Shown: piece by piece, positions 1-10,610 of the stretch
Position numbering within the stretch: position 1 is the stretch's first letter
Layout: every line of letters starts with the position of its first letter
From: Fistulifera solaris
Taxonomy: Eukaryota
Reading direction: 5' to 3'
Assembly (NCBI GenBank): GCA_030295235.1
Contig: AP026145.1
Location: 124,001-188,000, forward strand
DNA: 64,000 bases
Position numbers and translations under genes: made by a program
Notes under the pieces: model-generated
Told to the model about the DNA's origin: nothing
Database searches by the model: none
Seen by the model: the letters and a program-made list of their open reading frames with translations, nothing else

Positions 1-157
1 GATGGTGCGCCGTTTCCTGAAGTAAATCCGCCACCTTACTGAGGTTATCTCGTTGTTGTTTCAGTACTTCAATCATATATGTGTCATCACTTTGTTTCGA
101 CTTGGTAGGAGCCATGCTCGCGTTAGGAGCTGCTGATGAGGCGCTCATAGGGGCCAT
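1..157 (-). CDS. 5' part of a hypothetical protein running off the window start
   Basis: Open frame read by hand from ATG 157 (or 148): MAPMSASSAAPNASMAPTKSKQSDDTYMIEVLKQQRDNLSKVADLLQETAHH..., with no stop before base 1. No family recognised. Confidence 0.45.
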   Translation of the reverse strand, partial: MAPMSASSAAPNASMAPTKSKQSDDTYMIEVLKQQRDNLSKVADLLQETAHH

Positions 158-1740
158 AGGACTCGTCACTTATCAACTTGCTTGAGGAGAATTCAACCTA
201 CGAAAGAATTGAATGCTTGATAAATTTTAACGATGAGGACGGTGCTGGCGAATAATAAGCTCTGTGCATGTGATGATGATACCGTACCAGGTACGGAGTA
301 CATGTAAACGGTGATGAGACTGTTCGGAGAAAACTAAAATAAACAGAAGAAAATCAAACGCGCCAAGCGCCAAGCGCCTTGCCAAGCGCCAGAGGGTGAA
401 GACACAGAGCTAAAGAGAACACTAAATAAAACGGAGGGCCATTCGATTCCTCGCCACACTATGTAAGTTCGACAACTTTTAATTTAGAACACATAACACC
501 ATGCTAAATATTTAATTCCTAATTTTCCTAAAATGCGGATGCATAATTCCTGAAAGTCATGACATCGTACATTTCAAGGCAGTGTACTTGTACTGTTTTT
601 CTAGATTATAGTTAGAAGCTTATTGTTTCAAAACCGCGAAATGGTTCTACGCAAGCAACGATACAGAACAGTAGTGGTTCTTGTTCTAAAAAAGGTATAC
701 CCGTCTAAGTATCATTAATTATTGAATAGCAGTATGCATTGACTAGCAAGTAACAAGTAGCCTTAAGCCTTAGGCTTGACAGGCACAGAGAGATGCAGGA
801 TGCAGAATACAAATACCTGTACAACTAAAAATTAAAAGCAAGTAGGGCTTAAACCAAATTAAAGATTCTCCGCCTAATAAGTCGTTTTTATTATGAATTT
901 ACTACGTACGTTGTGCTGAAATCTGAAATCAAACATTTTTTAAAAAATAAAACATCGAACCCTCTAGAGAACAGAGAACAGCCACACTTCGTGCACGCCG
1001 CACTCCGCACAGTGCACAGTGCGCCGCACAGTCCTCCTTTTATTATTGCGCATTCTTTTCATAAAAAAAAAACGTAAGGTTTTTCTTGTACAGTAACCTT
1101 ACTGTATTGGCTAAGGCGATTGGCTATTGGCTATTGGCTGTTTAGATCTTTGATCTCTGGTTTTTGTCCTTTGTCTCCCCGTTCGTTCGTTCCCTGTTCT
1201 CGGAGATCACACTGATCTCTCTAGCTAGAGAGAGATCAGAGTGAGTTCCCATATTTTATTTTTTATTTAAAAAAAATAGAACCGCATGAGTCTTTAGCAA
1301 TGAGCATATATAATCACAAATCACGAGGAGGAGTCTTGTGTATTGTAAGAAGTGAAGCTAATAGTTTTATGTTCTATGCTCTTATACTCCGTAGCTATCA
1401 TCTAATAGCATAATACACGATACACGGTACCTAAGACCTATAGTTAGCTAGAGTGAGATAGGTACCTGAACATCTAAGGTTACTCTCTCCATCTCTCTAG
1501 CTAGAGAAAAGAGAATACCTTCGGTAAGATACGAAAATTCTTGACAGACAAAAGAGGAACCAAGGCTAATCCCAGGTCATTTTAGTAAGGAAGAAAGCTG
1601 CACCCGAAATGCAAGCAGTAACACATAATTATAATAAAGAAAAACAATTTTTCTTCCAGGCGGTTTGTTGATTCCTTCAAAAACGATAGCGACTAGTGTT
1701 CTATTAATAATGCATCAACAAGCTTTTCTATCTGAGAGGT

Positions 1741-4700
1741 CTAATCGACTCCTGATCTTGTCCCAATTGGTCGTAGCGCTGCTGAAAGCGATAAACACTT
1801 GCATCCGCATCCGGCTGGGCACTCCTCCATTTTCAAAAACCAGCTTTGTAAATGATTCATGTGTCCGCCATGGCCGCAGCTATCGGAGATTGAAATAAGT
1901 TTGTTTCATTGCCGCTAGCATTGTTCAACCGAGCATTGACGTACCTTTTGCACACAGTAAACAGCCCTCGAACAGCGTTGTCGCAGATACTACATCGGAA
2001 GGCATAATCGCGACAAGTATGGCAGTAGTTTGTTCCCAAATTTGTTTCCCCTCCACATCGGGCACACAAGAAAACGAGTCCAATCGTCGGCTCGGACGTC
2101 ACATCCTCATCAAGAGCTTGCGATACACGCCGGGTGCGATGAAATTCGGGGAGAGGCGACAAATGCTTCAATACTTCGGCGCGGACTGTTAGCAAGCCCC
2201 ATCCGTACAGCAGATCCGCATAACGTCGGATGTAGATATCATACTTTCCCTCTCTATTATCGGAAATAAGTTTACCCGCGTCAAGGCCGGAATCGTTCTT
2301 GCTTCGCAGAACACAAACAATAGACGCCAGCATTTGGACGTCTCCGAGCGACTCGTAATACTTCAAAAGATTATCGATCAGCGAGACACGAAAAGACATT
2401 CCTCCAAACTCACCCCAGCCATCGAATCTAGTGCGGCTGGTTTCGTTCAGGCGCATATCCACCAACTGAGCAATCAAACACCAAACTTCGTGCTTCTCGA
2501 TTTCATCGAAGGACTTGCATATTTGTGCGTTATGGAGACAGACTTCTTTAATGTGCTGCAACTCAAGGCTGACAACATTTGCGGTAGGTACCCTTCGTAG
2601 CGTGAATACTCCCAACGCCTTTCGACCTTCTTTGTCCGCTTTGCTGTGGCTATCTTGCAGTGTATTGAACGAGGGGGCGGATTGAATATCATGAGGCCAA
2701 AATCCTCTTCGCGATAGCCCTTTTGTAACTGCTCGTAACGATTAGAGCACACCTTGTAAGGCATTAATGATGTAAACAAGACGAGGGACACTTACGGAGA
2801 CGTCCATCCGGCGGTGATAGCAGTTTATTCACGGCATCACCACCTTCCCGTTGGTGAGTAAATAGTTTTCTTAGAAAAACCATCGAGTCCTGGACATTGG
2901 GACGAACACTAAATTCTCCATTATGCACTCCTCTTTCAATTCCTGGAAATGTCGATCGATTGATAGATGGTTCGTTTGCTGTATCGATGTAACTTCTGCG
3001 AAGAAGCAACTCATCGTAGTTTGGCCGGCCTGCTTTTTGAGAGGAAGCGTGAGCAAAACAGTAACACGACATGGAGAACAACCTGTCGGGTTTTACCATG
3101 GTGTGAGTGATGCCTCAATGGCCACCCTGGAGAATTGCTTTGTGACTCTCCGCTCTTTTTCTTAGCACTTATATCCCCAAGTTTCCAATCCTTTGCAAAG
3201 ACTACGCTTTGCCGGTTCAATACCAGAGGGTCATACTCGAAGGTGATCTTCACAAAAGGTGCAAGTACGTCAGAGGGGGTTCCGTCTTGAAGCGCTCCTT
3301 CTACAACTTCATTTTCTTCTTCCAGTCTTGTGCGCTCTTCAAATAATGAGAAAGCTGGCTGTTGATATTCGCCAAAGTATTGAGTGTACAAGTCCTTGGA
3401 ATCTTTTGCATCGCTGTTCATGAAATCATCGTTGTGTTCGTCACCGGAATCCGACGAGGAGGCACTGTCATGTTCAAAGAAACTGTCTCCTTCTAGATGA
3501 GCTATTGCAGACGACGCACCGTCTTCGGTCCCACCCCATTGTGCGTCTCTGGCGGCCGCCGTCATTTCGTGTAAATCCTTTAAGGACCGTGGAAAAGCAG
3601 GACCCATTCTTACAGTCGTGGGCGGGTTCTCTTGATCCCTGTCGTTGATGCTATTACTGTTCACAGTCGCGTGCCCCACCGTGCCAGAAAAGGCCGAGCG
3701 CTTAGCACTATTTTTGTTTTCCCACCATGACCACACCTTCCGAATGTCCCCATTGTGAAACACTGACAAGCCTCCGACACCTGGACCAAATGTTACTCCA
3801 CACAAGCGCGGGCAAGGGATTCGATCCGTGTCTATGTTCTTCATTAGCTCAACCGTTTCAAATCTGATAGCTTCTGCTTTCTCCTCCTCTTCTGCGGCAG
3901 AAGCCGTACTATCATTGACGGCTCCTACTGTGATAGCCGATGCAGGCAATAAACTGGAAGCTTCAACGTCAAAGACGTTATAATCGATGGCGGGATTAGC
4001 GGCAAGGTCCTTTTCGCTAGCTTCCGCACGGAAATCTCGGTCCGAACTGCCTTCGAATAATGATCTTTGCCAAAGGCGAGCAGCATCGCCAGGGATACCT
4101 TCCCCCCTCGGGCGGAAACACTCGAGAAGAATCCGAAAAATGTCTCCTATTAGGTGAGACCGGCAATGCGACTGATGTATTTGACTCTGCCCTGAGCAAC
4201 GGCATGGCTTCAGGTATACTCTAAATTGAAAAGGAATGTCAGACGGTGATACTAAGTCCGGTGACTTATCATGCTGCTCACTTACATAACTCGCCAGGAA
4301 GCCGTTGTTAGTCAATGTGCACAAAAGGAGGGTAAAATCTTCTTTATTTCTATGTACAACCAGCTCTGCAGCACACAACGCGCCTTTTGTTGTTTCAAAT
4401 TGCTTTTGCTCCAGTCCGGCTCCACCGAGAAAAGACAGCGAAGGTTGTAGTCCACGCGAGGTGGCCTTCCACATAGTAGCATTCCATTGGGCTAGCTGTG
4501 CCGTATTCTCTTCAAACGATACAGTCACAAGACACGATTCAGCAGGTTTCGGACACACGCGTGCGCATGCCAAGTGCGGTTTAGTAATCGTTCCCAACAA
4601 ACGACGGGACGAATGACTGGGATCCTCTTCTCGGCTCCATACTTTGACAACACCGTCACCTCCAACCTCGTCCAAACCCCACGTCAACCAACCCGAGTCC

Positions 4701-5409
4701 ATCGTAGCCAATCCCACTCCTGCATAGGACAAAGCCGAAAAAGAATACAAAACTCCGCCGGCGGACTGCCGATCCGTCACACGCAAATCATAAATACGCA
4801 ACATTCCCTTGGCGTCAAGAACCGCACATTCGTGAGGTTCATGTCCCGGAGCCATTTGCACATACGGAGCAACAGCATCCCCTTTCCGTACACCAAAGCG
4901 CAACGAAGGACGAGATGGATGGCTCCGTAAATCCCATGCGGCGAGTGACGTGTCCGTAGCCGCTGTGACCATTGGACCCGGATACCACGCTAACGAAACA
5001 ATGGAAGCCCGAGATTCCATCCCCAAACGTCCCCACAAAGGACTTAGTCGAAGCCCACTCACGTCCCACACAAGAATACCATTTCCTTGCGCGGATGCGA
5101 GCATCAAATTGGATTGCGGCAGCGGATTCTGCGGCACAGCGGAAAATGCCAGAGAGACCGGAGCGGGCAACGCACGGTTTAACATCATGACGGGTTTGTG
5201 TATTTCGTCCATCGAAAGAGAGCGACACCATGCGGTCCTGCCACAGCTCCTAACGCGTCCCCTTCGAGTGTTGTGCAGCAGGCGAGCGCCTTGGGTTTAA
5301 ACTTTTCATAACTGGCCAACGATTGAAAGCGCGATGATTCGAAGGGAGACACCGCAACTGCATTGTCAAACAAATTGCGCGTCGGTGTTGTCGCGGAATA
5401 TGAGTATTC

Positions 5410-5440
<31 letters not shown>

Positions 5441-5529
5441 ATGAAAAAATGAGGTACATCTCGAATATTGTTGTGTTCCGGAGAAGCAGGAAGTTGCGTC
5501 TGTAACGCGAGGCGAGAGGGAGAACTCAT
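1741..5529 (-). CDS. WDR59: GATOR2/SEA complex WD40 + C-terminal zinc-RING protein (WDR59/Sea3-like); multi-exon, two homopolymer frameshifts
   Basis: N-terminal WD-like strands, PCPRLCGVTF, GDVQMLA and YADLLYGWGL..RAEVLK. Splicing intron 1880-1944 completes the RING: CSICDNAVRGLFTVCKSCGHGGH...CPAGCGC, stop at 1741. Other GT-AG introns at 4221-4285, ~3030-3098 and ~2730-2795. Indels near 5215 and 4105. Confidence 0.8.
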
Positions 5530-5729
5530 ATGCGTTGTTTGATGATTTCTATTGTCGTATTGCTAAAGCTGATGGTGTCAATCCGGCATGGCTGTCTCTC
5601 TTTCTGCGAACAAAGATACGAAGAGCTGGGGATCACAAAGGAAAACGAAATGATGTTATTGTTTCCTTCGAACTTTCTTTTTGCCCTTAAAATGCTCAAT
5701 GCAAAAATTCTACTGCGCGCCTTTCATCT

Positions 5730-6040
5730 CATCCGGGTTCCCCCTCTGTCGATAAATTTCCCTACGGGCTCTACGTGAAACGCACGTAGACATTCGCAAC
5801 AGTGCCATTGTTGTCTTTTCATGTTTGGCGTTACAATTAATGTCAGATCATGATTAGGGAAACTGTGAAGATATGCGGAGGATTGCTCTGATGATCTCTT
5901 GTCGCTTTCGGACCCGAAAATGATGAGGTCAAAGTTGAAAAATTCCGGGTATTTTGGTGCTACCTACATCGATAAAAATCCTACGAGACCTACGTGAATG
6001 TTACGTAGACATCCGAAACGTTGCATCTTTGCTATTTTCA
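5730..6040. repeat. Diverged 220-bp direct duplication in the divergent WDR59/S28 intergenic region
   Basis: TCGATAAA..CCTACG...CTACGTGAA...ACGTAGACAT.CG.AAC at 5749 and 5969. Confidence 0.7.
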
Positions 6041-6421
6041 ACGTTTTGATTGCGTCCTGATTATGAACAAAATACTTCGTAAAAATTATCGATGATGGTT
6101 TGATGCAAAGTAGAATGGTTGTCTATAAATGAAAGGTTTACGCGAAATGTATTATTCATCCATCATTCGCTTTGTTGGGTCACTGTGCGACTTTTGAATC
6201 TTTCCCAAAACATCACTATACATGAAATAGTAGTCTGGACGGTTCGCCAGTGCCGCTTCCTCCTCCGCACGAAAGTTCAGAAAAAGCCAAAACTCCGCGA
6301 CGTACAAGTATCCGCATCGCAACATGCCAATCTTCTCGACTATAATAATTCTTGCGCATCTTTTCTCACAATCCTGTGCTATCTCAGTTCTGTCGCTTTT
6401 CCTTCATTATAAACATCAAGC

Positions 6422-8095
6422 ATGACACGTTACGGAAGTATTCCTATTGTTACAAATGCCCACGAAGTAGTGGCTTTCCTAGAAACAGCCGACGAAAGTT
6501 TCTCCATCGATTACGAGCGACAAAACCGTCGTCGTGCGCCCCTTCTCCTCTTGGCTGCATTTGCATTGGGATGTGTGGCTTACATTACAGTACCGTCTGC
6601 TTCCTGGACGACAGCACATATGATGATGCACGGAACTCCTTACCATCGCAAACGCCATTTACTTGACAACAAACTCGATGGGAAAGAAATGTGGTATCCT
6701 CATCAGTCGGTCGATCAACTCGATCCCAAGGATCATCGCACTTGGTCGCATCGTTTCTATAAAGTATCAAAACACTTTCAGGGACCAGGACATCCCATCT
6801 TTGTCGTTATTAGTGGCGAAGATGATCTCGATAGTCTCCTTTATCCCTTTATTGAAGAAGGTATGGCCTCCAAGTTTGGTGCCTTTGTGATCGAACCGGA
6901 ACATCGCTTTTACGGCAAGTCACGTCCTCTCAAACACGAATCGGTGGCAAAGTATTCGCATTACTTGAGTCCGGATCAGGCTCTCCTCGATCTGGTGCAG
7001 CTTGTACAAGCCACACGCACGGAGCTCGGTTGCAGTTTATCACGCACCAGTCCTAAGTACTGCCCCGTCATTACCGTCGGAGGATCGTATCCTGGTTATT
7101 TGAGTGCCATGGCGCGTTTCTTGTTCCCCGATTACATTGACATGTCCTACGCGAGCAGTGCACCGGTGCAATTGTACAGTCAAAATGTCGATGCTTACTC
7201 TTATTATGACAAGGTCTCGGATGTCGCCGAAGCCATGTCACCGGGTTGTCGGGATGCCAGTCGTCGCTTGCTTGACGAACTCCGTGAAACCGTTCTAAAT
7301 AGCGATTGGTCGGTCCATCAAGCGGCGGAGAAATTAGGATATTGCTCCCACACGCTTCCTTCGTACTTTCATGATCTCGAAACGCTGGTCGAAGAAGGTG
7401 TCGTCTACATTGTCCCGGCCATTTTTGCCGAATTTAACATGTTCTCCTATCCACCGGGTCCCAAAACACAGAATGCACGTGTTTGCGAGATCTTCAAAAA
7501 CGAATCTCTCACGGCGTTTGAAAAGTTCCACGGATTCTTTAGCATTCGAGGTGGACTTGTTAAACGCAAGGATGGTTCGTCCTGCTTTGACATGATGTCG
7601 GAAATGCCCGCTGGCAAGCATTCCCGTCTCATGGGCAGTGATTGGAGTGGTACGGGAGAAGGTCGCACAGGGCTTATTTGGGAATTCCAGTGCTGCACCG
7701 ATTTGGTCATTCGCACTGGTTACTCTAATTCCAGCATGTTCTATCCCCGTGAGTTCAGTTATGAATGGCTCGAGGACCATTGTGCCGCACGATTTCCAGG
7801 CTTTCACTGGAATCCTATGCGATTGCAGAACGAATGGAACTTTGATCAAATGGAGGGAGCCTCCAATATTGTCTTCACCAATGGAATGAACGACGGATGG
7901 GCCGTGACGGGGAGCTTCTTGCATGATCTGAGTGACACAGTGTTGGCGATCAATATTGAGGATGGCGCGCATCATTCGGATCTAGGACCCAAGTACCCCA
8001 ACGACGATGATACAATCGCTGTGAAGAATGCCCAACAGCAAGTCATGGATATTTTAGAGAAATGGCTGAACGAAATCAAAGCTGGACAAGTCTAA
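6422..8095 (+). CDS. Serine peptidase family S28 (Pro-X carboxypeptidase/DPP7-like) with N-terminal TM anchor
   Basis: Intact 557-aa ORF with EHRFYGKS, QAL.D, nucleophile motif GGSYPG, ASSAPV, FTNG..DGW and GAHHSDL. Confidence 0.92.
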   Translation: MTRYGSIPIVTNAHEVVAFLETADESFSIDYERQNRRRAPLLLLAAFALGCVAYITVPSASWTTAHMMMHGTPYHRKRHLLDNKLDGKEMWYPHQSVDQLDPKDHRTWSHRFYKVSKHFQGPGHPIFVVISGEDDLDSLLYPFIEEGMASKFGAFVIEPEHRFYGKSRPLKHESVAKYSHYLSPDQALLDLVQLVQATRTELGCSLSRTSPKYCPVITVGGSYPGYLSAMARFLFPDYIDMSYASSAPVQLYSQNVDAYSYYDKVSDVAEAMSPGCRDASRRLLDELRETVLNSDWSVHQAAEKLGYCSHTLPSYFHDLETLVEEGVVYIVPAIFAEFNMFSYPPGPKTQNARVCEIFKNESLTAFEKFHGFFSIRGGLVKRKDGSSCFDMMSEMPAGKHSRLMGSDWSGTGEGRTGLIWEFQCCTDLVIRTGYSNSSMFYPREFSYEWLEDHCAARFPGFHWNPMRLQNEWNFDQMEGASNIVFTNGMNDGWAVTGSFLHDLSDTVLAINIEDGAHHSDLGPKYPNDDDTIAVKNAQQQVMDILEKWLNEIKAGQV

Positions 8096-8258
8096 ACAAA
8101 GGAAGTTAGTCTGATCATTTGGTTATAGACTCGACGCAGACAATTTTGTGTTGATAATTGATAACGAAATCAGACAACTTATTGATGTAGTAAATATTAC
8201 ACTATAGGCAGTTATTAGTATACAACGAAAGACATCGCGAATCGAAGGCTCGCTTTCT

Positions 8259-9011
8259 TCACGCAGCTGCAGCACCGCACGATCGGGTCGAACTGATTGA
8301 TTGAGCGATGAGCATATTATGGAAGTTCATGTACTCCTCCAACAGCGCTGTACTGAACGCAGATGCCACATCTTCCATTTTCATCAAGGTCGCTGTTTCC
8401 TTTACACAGCGTAAAACGAGAATTTGCATGGCACGCTGTTGCATCTTCATGTATTCATCTACGATGTTTACATCATAAAGAAACGAGTCGACACTCGACA
8501 AAGACAGTGACCATAACTCATGAGCACCCGCGAGTGCTCCCTCCAAGCTGGATTGCTTCGTGTCTGCGCTGATGTAAGCACTCGCCATGTTATTCAGCAC
8601 TGTAGCGACCACAACATCCACATAATACGCTTTCGTCGCAAAATCATGAGGCGCCGAAAACTGTATCAGGTAGCACCTGAAAGGAAAATTATCTTGCATT
8701 ACATCCTCGTCAAGCTCACCCCTTGCAATTGTAATGAGATCGTCATCGGAAAGTATGATTGGTGAAGCAAAAACCCCGGTTTGTGATGCACGAACTTGGT
8801 GCTGATGGAAGTTTGCGATGTACTGATTCGCCTTGGAGACAAAGTCATGTGCAGCATCCCCGCACGGGTGGTCACTTTTCAACAATGTTAGAGCGTCGCA
8901 AAAGACTTCGATTGCTTTTGCGTGACATCGTTTGTCAATAAGTGAAACAGCGATGTTATTCAAAGTCATCGCCATATTGAAGCAGGCAACGTCATAGGTT
9001 GTAGGTTGCAT
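8259..9011 (-). CDS. Hypothetical helical (TPR-like) protein ending in poly-Ala; paralogue of 32431-33207
   Basis: 250-aa ORF with AMTLNNIAVSLI, VLNNMASAYI and C-terminal CGAAAA*. Colinear similarity to the ORF at 32431. Confidence 0.8.
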   Translation of the reverse strand: MQPTTYDVACFNMAMTLNNIAVSLIDKRCHAKAIEVFCDALTLLKSDHPCGDAAHDFVSKANQYIANFHQHQVRASQTGVFASPIILSDDDLITIARGELDEDVMQDNFPFRCYLIQFSAPHDFATKAYYVDVVVATVLNNMASAYISADTKQSSLEGALAGAHELWSLSLSSVDSFLYDVNIVDEYMKMQQRAMQILVLRCVKETATLMKMEDVASAFSTALLEEYMNFHNMLIAQSISSTRSCGAAAA

Positions 9012-10610
9012 TGTCTCTTGATGATGGAGAAAAAGAAGCTAAAGTGAAGTATCGGCCTTTGCTTTCGATAACAAGTGAAAAAGTCAAATAATGTGCTTGC
9101 TAAGTTGCTGGCAATTATTCTGCTTTTCTCCGCCTGCACTTGCATATTTTTTCGGTTGACGTAGCACGTATCACGTAGCACGCACTACGAAAACCGAACC
9201 GTTTCGATGACTGCACGATGGTGTACGGTGTACCAGTAGGGTCGGGTGTAGGATGTAGGATAGGATTTTTAGGGTGTACAGTAGGAGTTTCTCGGAGAAA
9301 TTTGAAAAACACGTCATCCATAAGAAACAATAACGAACTCATATCGTTACGGAGAAATATGTGTTACATAAACACGTATAGTACATTTCTGTACTCGATT
9401 AACAATACAATTTATGTAGCAGTTGGTGCTGGGTGCTGGGTGCTGGCAGGTATCAGCGAACTGAGTAGTACTGTCTGAAATCTGAAATCTGGAATCGTGG
9501 ATCTTGGTATCCGAAATCCGAATCCGAAATATTGATACCCACGTACTTAGTATTGGAGATTGGACATCGGAGATCGGAGATCGGAGTCCCTATATATCCA
9601 ATTCCAATGACCAATGACGTAACGCCTAATGACGCACACCTTCTTGTGATGCATGATTCATTCAGGTCTCAGGTCTGAAGTTCTTACTGTGGTTTGGGGA
9701 GAGAACAGAGAAAAGTGAAAAGTGACCCTCATACAGTACCTTATAACTTTCTTGACCCTTGACCCTTGACCTTGACCCCATAAATCCTTAACCCCTAACG
9801 CCCTAACGTTCCAAGTTACACGTAGCTAGTCTATTTATTTTACATCACAAGCATGTTCATGGTTCAACTTTCTTCAGGAGAAAAGCTAAGTGTGTCAGCA
9901 TTCAGCGGTTAGCTATCGGCTATCACCTATCACCTTTCAGCTACGGAGTACTACCTATAAAACAAGAGGGAGATACGATACGAAACAGGGGTGCTGTTGT
10001 GTGATATTAATCCGAAGACATTGTTTTCCTTTTTATAAGGTTTTAAAACTTCCGTCTATGTCGAAGCTTGCCTTTCGTCTCTATTTACTTTGCAAGAAGC
10101 GGCGGTACTATTTATCAGCCAGAATTTACTACGCCTACGACCTACGACCTATCATTACAAAAGAACCGAATCCCTAATAGAGTGTTTTAAAGTTATCGTT
10201 CTCAACCGACTGTGGCTACTTCTAGGCCAAAATCGATTTCAACAACTTCTATTGCTCTAGTGCAATTTGATGCGTCGAAAACGATGATAATGCAATGATT
10301 TAAGTGTAAGACCTACGATCAAATCCTTTGCTTACTTGCACTACCAGGTAACCTACTTTATACACCATAAGCAGCAGTGTCGGACCGGGCGTTTTGGCAA
10401 TAGAGTTCAGTACCGCACGCAAATCTCCGCCATGCATTTTGCACCTTCATATCGAGCCCGCACCCCGCACCGCGGTGCAGAATGATTTTGGGCAATGATG
10501 CCATGATCTGCTATCCCTTTGTAGCCTTGTAGCGATCATTGCTTCCATAAACAAACCCACAGTGAAATCTGAATCTCTTAGCTGTCACTGAGTCTCCTTT
10601 CTAGTCGAAA

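Noticed and set aside
7334..7975. Long antisense or alternate-frame ORFs (e.g. 7334-7975, 11003-11551, 50960-51556, 59680-60339, 62348-62746)
   Set aside because: Shadows of well-supported genes, with no recognisable motifs.
9781..9810. Telomere or interstitial telomeric repeat (CCCTAA twice; also TTAGGGTTAAGG near 32003)
   Set aside because: Only two imperfect units; better explained by the local short-duplication stutter.
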